Shown: in pieces, positions 9,611 through 19,542 of the stretch | Layout: the number at the start of each line of letters is the position of its first letter | How positions within the stretch are numbered: the stretch's first letter is position 1 | Source: an uncultured Desulfobacter sp. | Lineage (GTDB): Bacteria; Desulfobacterota; Desulfobacteria; Desulfobacterales; Desulfobacteraceae | DNA: 64,000 nt | Assembly: GCA_963665095.1 (NCBI GenBank) | Contig: OY762069.1 | Span: forward strand, 480,001-544,000 | Direction of reading: 5' to 3' | Position numbers and translations under genes: made by a program | The notes under the pieces: generated by a model | Seen by the model: the letters and a program-made list of their open reading frames with translations, nothing else | Database searches by the model: none | What the model was told of the DNA's origin: nothing

Positions 9611-11032
9611 CTACTCTATCTGGTATTGTCTGATTTTGCGCCACAGGGTGCTCCGGCTCATGCCAAGAATCCTGGCAGCTTGATTCTTTTTGCCTCCGGC
9701 AGTTTTCAAAGCATCCATGATCATTTGTCGCTGCACAGAAGCCCAGGTTTCCTCAGTCTGGTTCGTCTGATTCTCCAGCTGTTCATGTAAAGGATTGGTT
9801 TCCATCTGTTCAAAATGTTCTGATTGCGGTTTCTGCAGATATGGGTTTTCCGGCTTTCGTTCCAGAACATATGCCGGCAGGTTGTTTGCCTCAATGTTTG
9901 TACCCTGGGCCACGTTGACGGCATACTCCATAATATTTTTTAATTCCCGGATGTTGCCTTCATAGGAATAGTTAAGCAAAATTGACAGGGCAGATTCGGA
10001 AAAGCCTTCAATACTTTTACTTTGTTTTCGGGTGTAATGAATCAGGAAATGGTCCAGTAATAATCGGATGTCCCCACCACGTTCACGCAGGGGGGGCAGA
10101 TGAACCCTTGCCACGTTCAGGCGGAAAAGCAGGTCCTTTCGAAATTTCCCCACGGACACCATATGCTTAAGATCCCTGTTGGTGGCGGCAATAATCCGGA
10201 CATTGGCATTAAACCCTTTTGTCCCCCCCAAAGGGTAGATAACCCTGTCATCCAGGAAAGTGAGCAGTTTAACCTGGAGGGGCAGTGGCAGATCCCCAAT
10301 TTCGGTCAGGAAGATAGTGCCGTTGTGGGCAAGCTTAAACCGACCGGGCTTGTTTTCCACCGCACCGGTAAAAGCCCCTTTCATATGTCCGAAAATTTCA
10401 GATTCCAGCAATGTTTCCGGCAAAGCCCCGCAGTTGATCTTAATAAATGGCCCGCCAGCCCGCTGGGATGTCTGATGGACTGCCTCGGCAGCAAGATCTT
10501 TTCCTGTTCCGGTTTCACCGGTAATCAGAATGGAGGCATCACTTTGGGCCAACATGGGAAGGGTTTGAAATATCATCTCCATCTTGGGGCTTCGGCCAAT
10601 GATGTTGGAAAAGCTGTATGCCACATTTTTTTCCGGATCATTGGTATCACTGCTGCGCAGATCTTCAATGGTTTCAATATAGCCTGTTATATGGCCGTCT
10701 GTGTCCAGGATCTGGGCGGTAGTAATCCGAACGGGCAACTTCTGGCGGTCTGTATTGATAATATCACTGGTGCAGGAGACGGACCGGTCCTGCCGGTGAA
10801 TGGCAAGCACCGGACAGTTAATGATGCATGCCGAACTGCGAAGGACATTTTTACAGGGAATGCCTCTGGCCATATCCAGGGAATGCCCTGTCAAGGCCTG
10901 AAAAAAACGGTTAAGGTGCACCACTCGTAACTCCTTATCCATCACTAAAATACCCAGAGGAATTTCATCCAGAATATGGTTGAAATCCAGGGGCGAGCGC
11001 ATAAGTTGATGAATCTGGGCAAAGGCATGCAT
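9611..11032 (-). CDS. PAS-domain sigma-54-dependent enhancer-binding protein
   Basis: N-terminal PAS, GETGTGKD, ESEIFGHMKGAFTGA, Fis-type HTH AARILGMSRSTLWRK. Confidence 0.93.
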   Translation of the reverse strand: MHAFAQIHQLMRSPLDFNHILDEIPLGILVMDKELRVVHLNRFFQALTGHSLDMARGIPCKNVLRSSACIINCPVLAIHRQDRSVSCTSDIINTDRQKLPVRITTAQILDTDGHITGYIETIEDLRSSDTNDPEKNVAYSFSNIIGRSPKMEMIFQTLPMLAQSDASILITGETGTGKDLAAEAVHQTSQRAGGPFIKINCGALPETLLESEIFGHMKGAFTGAVENKPGRFKLAHNGTIFLTEIGDLPLPLQVKLLTFLDDRVIYPLGGTKGFNANVRIIAATNRDLKHMVSVGKFRKDLLFRLNVARVHLPPLRERGGDIRLLLDHFLIHYTRKQSKSIEGFSESALSILLNYSYEGNIRELKNIMEYAVNVAQGTNIEANNLPAYVLERKPENPYLQKPQSEHFEQMETNPLHEQLENQTNQTEETWASVQRQMIMDALKTAGGKKNQAARILGMSRSTLWRKIRQYQIE

Positions 11033-11248
11033 ACGTGAACATACGTCCTTATTAAAACATCGGTTACTTTTGTTAAGAATCAGTGAATTTGTTCTATCAT
11101 CAACTTTTCAGCGTTACAAATAAAATCGACGGATTGAACAGTGCCGCAGAGCAGGAAGGGATCTGTCCGCGCTGAAGGCGGGAACTATTTTAAATGGAAT
11201 AGAAAGCAGTTCAGGGTGAAACGCTTATTGACCAAAGAGCGTTAAGTA

Positions 11249-11896
11249 TCATGACCTATCTGGGTTGTACTTATAGGTATAAGGTGTTTCATTCCGACTG
11301 ATACCCCACAATGTTCCCAAGGAGGTTCCAGCTGTTTTAATACTGGAGAATTTCGAGGCAAGGGATAGCAGGTCGCTTTCGCTTGTAGTGCTGTTCATGT
11401 AGTCGGCAAGGCTTGTGGTTCTGTTTTGAAGATATTCCGTGTAGTTCAGAATTTCATTATTTGCTGTCAGTCCGGTAAATGCTTGGGTGAATTCGCTGCT
11501 TTTGTTTAAGGCGGTTTCAAGTTCCTCACTGCCTGAAAAGCTGTTTTCTACTTCTATATAGTTGTCATCGTTTAAAGACAGGGTTACCTGCTGGTCGGAA
11601 TCGATATCCAGTTCTTCCAACGCAGAGGAAAGAAGCGTACTGACAGTCTCTTCCAGAGATTCCGCAGCATTTTCAAAATCTGACAGCGTCAGTGTGCCCT
11701 GAGCAGATAAGCCTAAATAGTCCCGCTGGGCAATGGCCATGGCTTCTGCCGACAGGGTTACCGTGTCGGTCTGTGATGCTGTCCTTGTGGTGCTTTCAGC
11801 GTCGGTAATGGTGTTGGAAGAATCAGACAGTAAACTGGCAAGGCTTGATCCGGAATAGGAGTAAAGGGTTGAATAATCAGTGGTGATAGATGACAT
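11249..11896 (-). CDS. Ser/Thr-rich acidic hypothetical protein
   Basis: 215-aa ORF, AAGGA RBS, DTVTLSAEA motif. Confidence 0.75.
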   Translation of the reverse strand: MSSITTDYSTLYSYSGSSLASLLSDSSNTITDAESTTRTASQTDTVTLSAEAMAIAQRDYLGLSAQGTLTLSDFENAAESLEETVSTLLSSALEELDIDSDQQVTLSLNDDNYIEVENSFSGSEELETALNKSSEFTQAFTGLTANNEILNYTEYLQNRTTSLADYMNSTTSESDLLSLASKFSSIKTAGTSLGTLWGISRNETPYTYKYNPDRS

Positions 11897-11951
11897 GATT
11901 CGGTTCCTTTTTTCTGTGGCATATTAATTTTGTGACCAATGCAGACTTAAA

Positions 11952-11967
11952 AGCAACTCCTGTGCCG
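11952..11967 (-). promoter_or_regulatory. Sigma-54 promoter
   Basis: Minus strand CGGCACAGGAGTTGCT. Confidence 0.72.
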
Positions 11968-12257
11968 CCAATCCAAATCCAAGTATACCGTTGTTTATTA
12001 AGGTATTCGAAAGGTAGCCATGTGAAAGTGACGGGCAGACAAGCAATATTTACCTAAAGTGCAGGAAATGTTTTCCCTGTACCGGATTTTGTCTAAAGGT
12101 GTATCAGAAATATCTGTAATGCACTGCACCGCCATGAGATCTTATGGGGATAAATATCGTTGTTTTGTCTGTTGGACCTATGTTATGAACATGCAATTCT
12201 GAATAATTGTAAAATAAGGATCATTCAATATCGATTTTACGGATAGGGGACAAAAAC

Positions 12258-13673
12258 ATGGAGAATGTAAAGCTTTTAATTGAAAGAATTACCAATCGGG
12301 TAAATGCCAATTTAAAGGAGTTTCAGTTCGATACCCGCAAATTTGTCGATAACACGATTGAGTTTGATAAACTGGCCAAATTTTATTGTTTTTATGGAAT
12401 CACCAGTCAGCATCCCATTTTTTTTCATTTTAAGAACTCAAGCATGGCAGGGTCCTATTTTCTGGGCAAAGCCAATGTCAAGCAGTCGTGCATCTATAAA
12501 AGTGATGTCAGAGGGGATGAGCTGAAGCGAAAAGGGGACATTCTGGACAAAAACAACCCCCTTCCCCTGGTGGATGATGAAATTTTTGTAATTACCGGCA
12601 GTCTCTTATATAAAACACTGGTACACAGTAAATCGCATAATCCGGAAACCCCTGAGGAGTTTACCATCAGGAATACGATTGCCGCCCATTATGCAAATAT
12701 CCACGGGGCTACCACAGTCGGATCGTTTCTAGGTCCCTTTGCAACGGTGGATATGATGAATCTTCATTCATGCATTCTAGGAGAGTTCTGTTATCTTCAG
12801 GCAGGAGAATTTTTCCATCGTAAAATTGATGCGGGGGTGATCTGGATTGAAAGTGAGGCTTTTAAATTTAAATACAAGCATGATCAGTCTGTTCTGGATA
12901 AATATATTGGTGTGAATGAAAACTACCAGCCCAGGGGACTGATCTATGATTTTGTCAGTGAAAAAGAGGCGGATTACGAGCGGTTATTTGAGGTCGTGGA
13001 CCTTGAGCCCTATAAGGCACCCCAAAGTTCGGCCGTTAATCGATATGCTGTGATGAAGCCTAAAAACGAGGTTGGGGAGAATGTCTTGATTTCGCAGCGG
13101 GCCTATGTGGAAAATTCACGCATGGGCGACGGCTCCAATGCCCAGGAAAATACCTTTATCATCAACTCCCGTCTTGAAGGGATGTGCATTACAGCCCATG
13201 GCGGCAAGATCATCAATGCCACTATTGGTTTAAAAACTTTTGTGGGATTTAATTCATTTCTGAGGGGAACGGATGATGCAAGGCTTGAGGTCGGAAAAGG
13301 CTGTATCGTCATGCCCCATACTATTATTGATATTGCTGAGCCACTGACAATTCCAAGAAACCATCTGATCTGGGGATATATTGCAAACAGTAATGATCTT
13401 GCCAAAAATTCCATTGCCATTGATGAGATCAAAGGCTTCAGGGGAACCGAATCCATTGGCAATATGATCTTCACTGGATCGGGCGAGGCTTTTGTGGAAG
13501 CGTTTACCTCAAGGATTGAACATATTCTTGAAGCCAACGGGGCATATTGCAACTATGATGGAGAATTAAGCGGTCATGCCCAGGATGACCAGCAGATTGC
13601 TTTTAATACCCTGCAGCCCTATCGGACTGGTGAAAATGCAGGGATTTATCCTGCCATTAAAATTTCACCCTAA
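12258..13673 (+). CDS. Hexapeptide-repeat (left-handed beta-helix) transferase-like protein
   Basis: Repeats VGENVLISQRAYV, IGLKTFVGFNSFL, VGKGCIVMPHTII; GGGG RBS. Confidence 0.72.
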   Translation: MENVKLLIERITNRVNANLKEFQFDTRKFVDNTIEFDKLAKFYCFYGITSQHPIFFHFKNSSMAGSYFLGKANVKQSCIYKSDVRGDELKRKGDILDKNNPLPLVDDEIFVITGSLLYKTLVHSKSHNPETPEEFTIRNTIAAHYANIHGATTVGSFLGPFATVDMMNLHSCILGEFCYLQAGEFFHRKIDAGVIWIESEAFKFKYKHDQSVLDKYIGVNENYQPRGLIYDFVSEKEADYERLFEVVDLEPYKAPQSSAVNRYAVMKPKNEVGENVLISQRAYVENSRMGDGSNAQENTFIINSRLEGMCITAHGGKIINATIGLKTFVGFNSFLRGTDDARLEVGKGCIVMPHTIIDIAEPLTIPRNHLIWGYIANSNDLAKNSIAIDEIKGFRGTESIGNMIFTGSGEAFVEAFTSRIEHILEANGAYCNYDGELSGHAQDDQQIAFNTLQPYRTGENAGIYPAIKISP

Positions 13674-13684
13674 CCGTTATGGTT

Positions 13685-13737
13685 GACAGGCTATGTCCGG
13701 CCCGGGGCAAATTCATCCGGGCCGGGCATAGCCTGTC
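13685..13737. terminator. Long hairpin terminator between convergent genes
   Basis: GACAGGCTATGTCCGGCCCGG...CCGGGCCGGGCATAGCCTGTC. Confidence 0.75.
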
Positions 13738-13816
13738 TTAAAAATTTTTTGGATACCTTTCGATCTGCAGAAATTTTTGGGTATTCTTTTATTTGATACT
13801 GGTCTTTGTATCCCTG

Positions 13817-15823
13817 TCAAAGCAACTTTAAGTTCCAGTTCCAGGTGCCGGGCCTTGGTTTCATCCTGATGTTTTTGGGTATCCGCTCAATCAGGTTGAT
13901 GAATAAAGCAAACCCTGCCTGTTGCAGTTCTTCTCTTTTTTGTGACAGGTCAAGTGTCCAGTTGGGAAAAGTATAATAGGTGTTGTTAAATTTGCTGGTC
14001 CAGGCAGTCTCTCCCATGGGGCTGGCAAAAGCGCTGCCAAGTGTGAGGTTAGGCGGGGCAATTCTCGATATAGCCATGGGCCAGCAGGCTTGCACCACTA
14101 TGCCTAAGGACAGTGCAGATCTGTCCGGAAGGCTGAGTATGGTCTCTTTATCCAGTTCCGGGCTGACCACTGCCCCTGAGAACCCTTGCGTTTTTAAGAT
14201 ATCCGTAGCTGCGGCATTGGTGATGTTGCAATACGGTCCGGCCCAGATGTTCAACCTGGAAGGGTTGTCAAACAGCCCGATCTGCCAGGGGGCATTGAGT
14301 ACAAAATTTTTTGTTCCTTTTTTTAATGCAGTTTTCACATAGTTTCGGCAAACATCCTCTTCTTCCGGAAATATCACCGGATCCAGCCACAGCCAGGTTC
14401 GTGGTGGTGGTTTGACACCGTATCCACTGGCTGAAATCCACATGGCTGCATCATTGTGACCGCAGGAGGGATCAGGCTGTTTTCTGAAAACATCCATATA
14501 ATGAGGTCTGTTTGATTTTGACTTTCGCATGGTTCGAGGTCCGGGTCTGGCCTGGGAGTTGTTCGGATTGCTTTTAACAGCGTCTGTCCTGTATGGACGA
14601 TTAGATGACGGCCGTACCGATGTCTTTGGCAGGGTTTCAAGTTCGGCAGCAAGTGCATCTATCTGTTCCTGAAGTTCTGCGCCCCTGCGGTCAATCATAA
14701 AAACCGGTGCGCCTTTATGAATTCCGTTTCCCTTGGCAGATAAAAAAAACTTTCCCTTTTTGGGCACCGCCCGGGGGACTTTCATAACCGAATGAAAGCG
14801 GTCTTCTTCGTAGCCGATGCGCAAAAGATCTCCTGGAAACAATGCTTCCCTGGTGATGAAATAGGGTGCCTGGGGATTTTTTATCCGCCCCAGGAACAGA
14901 CCGGATCCGGTTTCAGATGCGTGGTCCAGGGGATTGGATATTCGGTGGGATAACAGATTGTAATGGTTGCCTTGCCGACCTAACGCATATTCCAGTAAAT
15001 AGAGCGCCTGTTTCTTTTGCCCTGGGTCATCCCGAAGCAGTTTGTACGCCATAGTAGTGTAATAGACGTAATGGGGGCTTTTTTTTCGACCCTCTATTTT
15101 CCAGGTGGTGATATTGGGGATCTCAGTAAGTACCTTGACCAACACATCGGTTGACAGATCCAGACATGAGAAATGACGCTGTTTCTGTCCATTTTGATCA
15201 TACTGTCGCCGGCAGGGCTGGACACACCGGCCGCGCAACGCACTTTTTCCCCCTAACCAGGAACTCCAGTAGCACCTGCCCGAAACAGAATAACAAAGCG
15301 CCCCATGGATAAATACTTCAAGATCCAGGCCTTCCGGGGCACTGGATGCCATGGCCCTGATTTCATCCAGGTTGAATTCCCTGGGCAGCACCACCCTGGA
15401 AAACCCAATATTTTTTGCTGCAGCAAGTCCTTCCGGATGGGTGCAGTTACCAAGGGTGGACAAATGAAGGGAGCCCTGAAAGCCAGCCTGTCTGGCAAGG
15501 TGTACCATGGCAAGATCCTGGATGATCAATGCGTCTGCATCCACGTATCTGGTCAGTTTGTCAAGGAGGCGATATGCCTGGTCTGTTTCAGATTCCTTGA
15601 TGATGGAGTTAAAAGCTATATATACTTCCGTGTTTTTAGAATGCGCCAGCCGGGTCAGCCTTGCCAGTTCATCAATGGAAAAATTACCGGCCTCCATTCT
15701 GGCAGAAAAAATTTTTAATCCGCAGTAGACAGCATCAGCGCCGGCAGCTATGGCGGCCAGAAAAGAGGAAACATCTCCGGCCGGAGCCAGGATAATCGGC
15801 GAGTCAAGGGGCTTAAGGGTCAT
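13817..15823 (-). CDS. Peptidase U32 family protein (RlhA-like RNA hydroxylation protein)
   Basis: LAPAG, GADAVYCG, FIHGALCYSVSGRC...RGRCVQPCR Fe-S motif, KIEGR. Confidence 0.88.
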   Translation of the reverse strand: MTLKPLDSPIILAPAGDVSSFLAAIAAGADAVYCGLKIFSARMEAGNFSIDELARLTRLAHSKNTEVYIAFNSIIKESETDQAYRLLDKLTRYVDADALIIQDLAMVHLARQAGFQGSLHLSTLGNCTHPEGLAAAKNIGFSRVVLPREFNLDEIRAMASSAPEGLDLEVFIHGALCYSVSGRCYWSSWLGGKSALRGRCVQPCRRQYDQNGQKQRHFSCLDLSTDVLVKVLTEIPNITTWKIEGRKKSPHYVYYTTMAYKLLRDDPGQKKQALYLLEYALGRQGNHYNLLSHRISNPLDHASETGSGLFLGRIKNPQAPYFITREALFPGDLLRIGYEEDRFHSVMKVPRAVPKKGKFFLSAKGNGIHKGAPVFMIDRRGAELQEQIDALAAELETLPKTSVRPSSNRPYRTDAVKSNPNNSQARPGPRTMRKSKSNRPHYMDVFRKQPDPSCGHNDAAMWISASGYGVKPPPRTWLWLDPVIFPEEEDVCRNYVKTALKKGTKNFVLNAPWQIGLFDNPSRLNIWAGPYCNITNAAATDILKTQGFSGAVVSPELDKETILSLPDRSALSLGIVVQACWPMAISRIAPPNLTLGSAFASPMGETAWTSKFNNTYYTFPNWTLDLSQKREELQQAGFALFINLIERIPKNIRMKPRPGTWNWNLKLL

Positions 15824-15967
15824 AAATGTTTAATGCCTGCAGGTATGGGTTGGGTTTAAAAAACATTAATATTGCAATTTCAGACAGCTTTGTCAAAATA
15901 GCATTTTGGGAATAACAGCAGATAAATCTGTATATATGTAATGCCTGGCACATTATAAGGAGAGGTC

Positions 15968-16291
15968 ATGTTTACAACTCATGATGAAAACGGGTATGCC
16001 ATGCCCGTTGAAGGGATTGAAATGAAAACCCTGGTTTACGGGGAGAAAACACTTTTGGCACGGTTTAAAATGGCCAAAGGTGCGATGCTCCCATCCCATT
16101 CTCATCCCCACGAACAAACAGGTTATCTGGTTTCCGGCCGCATCAACCTGTATATTGGTGAAAAGTGCTGCCATGCTGGTCCCGGGGACTCCTGGTGTAT
16201 TGAATTTGGGGTGGAACATCGCGCTGAAATCCTGGAAGACAGTGTGGCAATAGAAGTGTTTTCTCCAGTACGTGAAGATTACCTGCCCTGA
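15968..16291 (+). CDS. Cupin domain protein
   Basis: PSHSHPHEQTGY...GDSWCI...EH...EVFSPVREDY. Confidence 0.9.
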   Translation: MFTTHDENGYAMPVEGIEMKTLVYGEKTLLARFKMAKGAMLPSHSHPHEQTGYLVSGRINLYIGEKCCHAGPGDSWCIEFGVEHRAEILEDSVAIEVFSPVREDYLP

Positions 16292-16337
16292 ATCAGGTTA
16301 ATAAGGTCAAACCGGAATTTATTATAATTGCTTGATT

Positions 16338-16931
16338 TTATAGGGATTGGCAGATTTTACAGGGTTTGTAGCCCTGGGATTCGGCCTCTTCCTTGGTAGC
16401 AAATTCCATACTGCAGTTTTTGCCTGTGGCAAAATTGCACTCTACGCGGTGGTAGACAAGAGTCTCTACATTGCCTTTAAACTGGATTTCACGAGTGCTA
16501 AGGGCGGTATCTTCCTGTTTCTGTGACGGATTCGGATCTGCCGGATTTTTTGACGGTTTTTGAGGTGTCACTGCAACTATGGCTTGTTTTTCAGACTCGG
16601 TCTTAGCAGGTTTTGATTTGGGAGATATCTTGGGGGCGGATTCCGGGGAGTCTGTCTTGTCTATTTGCGGTATGGGGCTGCCGCCGGCTAAAAATTGCGC
16701 TTTAAACGCTTCCGCTGTAGGTGGTTCAGGCAACAGATCCGGCTTGGAATCTGCCTTTTTGTCATTCGGTTGTCTAAGTTCCCCAATTCCAAGGTAGACG
16801 GCAAACAAGCCACCGATGATCAAGCCTGCAGGAATTAAACCGGCCACAAGGTTTACTAAATGAAAGAATTTGAGGGAAAAGCCCGGTACGCCGACAAGAA
16901 GTACCAGGATGCCGATGATTAGTTTTTTCAT
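16338..16931 (-). CDS. Membrane-anchored protein with Pro/Lys linker and C-terminal Ada-type metal-binding domain
   Basis: Two N-terminal hydrophobic helices; GNVETLVYHRVEC...EAESQGYKPCKIC. Confidence 0.72.
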   Translation of the reverse strand: MKKLIIGILVLLVGVPGFSLKFFHLVNLVAGLIPAGLIIGGLFAVYLGIGELRQPNDKKADSKPDLLPEPPTAEAFKAQFLAGGSPIPQIDKTDSPESAPKISPKSKPAKTESEKQAIVAVTPQKPSKNPADPNPSQKQEDTALSTREIQFKGNVETLVYHRVECNFATGKNCSMEFATKEEAESQGYKPCKICQSL

Positions 16932-17176
16932 ACATCTGCTCCATTGGGTGTCTGGTCAGTTTCAAATTGGATCTGAACAGGGCGTTACGCCGCATGCTTA
17001 CCCTTTTAGGGTGAAATTTACGGCATTGTCAAGGCATCTGGCCAAATTTGATGGTAAATTTGTTTTATTTGTGAAAAAAAGGCCGGTTTCATGGAAAATT
17101 AAGTAAATTTGCAACCTGAAACCCGGAATGTTTGAAGCTGCCAGGTCAATAAAATGCCGGACATGTATAGGGATTT

Positions 17177-18469
17177 CTAATACAAGGCAAATACCAGGTA
17201 GAATACAGGCAGAAGATACAAAAGTCCGCGAACGCCAACAGAAAACTGTTTTCTGCCCGTAAACACAATAATGCACAACCCTGCAAAAACAGACGCCCCT
17301 CTAAAGCCCATGGACAGGTAACTCCATTGAAGAATGGCTTTGTCAAAACCTGCCAGCACAATACTGCCTGAAAGCAGCAGCACGGCCATGGTGCAAATCC
17401 TTATGATTGTTAGGCCGTTGGAAAATTTCTGTTTAAACAGATGGCGAATTCCATCCATATATACGTTGGTTGTCACCCCTAGAACTAGACCTGCCCCTGT
17501 GCCAAGTACGGTTAGAAGCAGAACGGCAGAGCAGAACGCAGCCAGTGACGGGGGCAGGGCGGATTTAAAGAAAAACGGCAGGGCCTGGGCGCTGTTTGTC
17601 GCAAGTTCCGGATAACGGCTTCGCAGATAAAGGCCCACAATGATGCCTAAAATTCCGATTGGGGGAATCACAATTGCAGATAAAAATGCTCCGTTTCTGG
17701 CCTGGCGAATGGTTCGGGCTGAAAAAATGGCCTGAAGATATATCTGTGTGGAAAGGACGCCTGTGATCATGGAGGCAATATCCACCATGGTGGTACTTAC
17801 CCCGCAGGAGAAAAAGTTTAAGAAATCAGTTCCCTGGGGCAGATCTGTAATAATATTATTCACCCCGCCGCCCTTGATCAAGGCAATGGCGGCGCAAACA
17901 ATCATGATGGCATAGAGCATAAAGAATTTGATTTCTCCAACCATGCCGGCACCTGAGATCCCTCCTGACATGACAAAAAATCCCATGAGGCCCATGGTGA
18001 TGAACGTGGATATGGGGAGGCTGAGGTGGAAGATCGAATTTAAAATCGCCATGGCAGCCAGATACTGGGCAATGATATGGATAAACATGCCGCAGGAGTT
18101 AAACATGGAGCAGTAATACTGAAACCCTTGGCCAAAGTATCTTCCAAGAAGCTCTGACACTGTTGTGACCTGTTCCTTTCTCAGGGCTGCGGTAAAGAAA
18201 CAGCCTAAAATGAAACAGGAGATCCCGCTGCCAAGAGTAAAAATCCATGCAGAAATTCCATTGTTGTATGCGGACTGGACGGTTCCGATGGTGGAAACCC
18301 CGCCCACAAGTGTGCCTATAATTACCCATGACACCTGGGGGGCTGATAATGACCGTCCGGCCACTGAAAAATCAGATCCACTGCCCATTTTTCTTTGTTT
18401 TTTTTGGATCAGAACACAAAACAGAACAAAGGCTGTAATGAAAACGCCTGTATATTCAAACTGACTCAC
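17177..18469 (-). CDS. Sodium:solute symporter family protein (GTG start at 18469 after AGGAG)
   Basis: DFSVAGRSL, GTLVGGVSTIG; many TM helices. Confidence 0.85.
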   Translation of the reverse strand: MSQFEYTGVFITAFVLFCVLIQKKQRKMGSGSDFSVAGRSLSAPQVSWVIIGTLVGGVSTIGTVQSAYNNGISAWIFTLGSGISCFILGCFFTAALRKEQVTTVSELLGRYFGQGFQYYCSMFNSCGMFIHIIAQYLAAMAILNSIFHLSLPISTFITMGLMGFFVMSGGISGAGMVGEIKFFMLYAIMIVCAAIALIKGGGVNNIITDLPQGTDFLNFFSCGVSTTMVDIASMITGVLSTQIYLQAIFSARTIRQARNGAFLSAIVIPPIGILGIIVGLYLRSRYPELATNSAQALPFFFKSALPPSLAAFCSAVLLLTVLGTGAGLVLGVTTNVYMDGIRHLFKQKFSNGLTIIRICTMAVLLLSGSIVLAGFDKAILQWSYLSMGFRGASVFAGLCIIVFTGRKQFSVGVRGLLYLLPVFYLVFALY

Positions 18470-18956
18470 GCATATGCTCCTTGTCTTTCTGGAAACGTTT
18501 TCACGTTTTTCAAAGCCTGGTGTTTTACTCCTGATTGAATCATAAGGCAATGATTCAATCCGATTTTTTTTGGAATATTTATATGTTAGATAAGATGTGG
18601 TCTCTTTAATTCAGGGCAGGGACACCGGGGCAATTTCAGGTTTTGTTGCGACAGGGGCTGCCAAAGCCGTACCCAAAATGCGGGTTGATAAACATGTCAG
18701 AGAGCCCCCCCTGCAGGGACGCAGCTTCAGAACCCCGGTGCTGTCAGGATTATCCTGCAGCAGCTATATAGACAATGACCTTGCCGGATCGCAGGGCATC
18801 TCCTGGCGAGCCCCGTACCTGGCGGGAAAAGTGTTGCAGGACCAGATCAATTGAAAGGAACAGGCATCTGTCCATCATGATCTGGATACCTGTTTTGAAC
18901 TTCAAAAAAATCTAAGGGATCATGGCCAGAAGTTAATTCCAAAAAGTGCGTGACCT

Positions 18957-19238
18957 TCAAGTATTCAGGGGCTTATCTGGACTGCGCTGAAGCATGAGCC
19001 ACCACATTCTGAACGTCATCAGGGCCTCGGCATCTTTCTGGTGCTGGCATTTAAAAAGAGTTAAAGAATAGGCTTCTTCAAATTCCGCCATGGAAAATTT
19101 AAAATTTTCTTTGCTTAATACCGCCTCTCTGACCTGTTCTGTGTCTGCCTGTACCAGCCTGTGCCGGAGTTGGGGGTCATTTTGTCCGCTGCGGATAAAG
19201 TCTATGGCATGCTGAATTGTCATGTTGTTCTCCTGCAT
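18957..19238 (-). CDS. Nif11-like domain protein (start may be 19223)
   Basis: MTIQHAIDFI...DPQLRHRL...FKFSMAEFEE pattern; AGGAG RBS. Confidence 0.65.
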   Translation of the reverse strand: MQENNMTIQHAIDFIRSGQNDPQLRHRLVQADTEQVREAVLSKENFKFSMAEFEEAYSLTLFKCQHQKDAEALMTFRMWWLMLQRSPDKPLNT

Positions 19239-19262
19239 GATTAATATCTGACATTATAAGAC

Positions 19263-19278
19263 AGCAAATTAAATGCCA
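19263..19278 (-). promoter_or_regulatory. Sigma-54 promoter
   Basis: Minus strand TGGCATTTAATTTGCT. Confidence 0.8.
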
Positions 19279-19542
19279 CAGCTATAATTAAGGATAAGAA
19301 TAGTTTAAGGATACCTTGCGGTATTATGGAATATAGCCCTGAATCGCATGTATTGAATGATTATTTTAAATCAGGGTAAGATTAAAGAAAAGGCTCTGTC
19401 GGCAGATCTCTTAATGTGTATTGGGCGAGTGAAAGATTGACAAACAACAGAAATGAAATATTTGAGAGACAATTTTGTAATGGATTGTTTATAACACCGG
19501 CCCCGGGATTGTTGGGCAATGATTCAGGGCCGGCCGGTTCAT

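Noticed and set aside
18597..18953. ORF that continues 32 codons past an in-frame TGA (possible selenoprotein), or a riboswitch leader for the symporter
   Set aside because: No RBS, recognisable domain, redox motif or SECIS-like hairpin, and no TPP, cobalamin, SAM or c-di-GMP core seen; probably a decayed gene fragment
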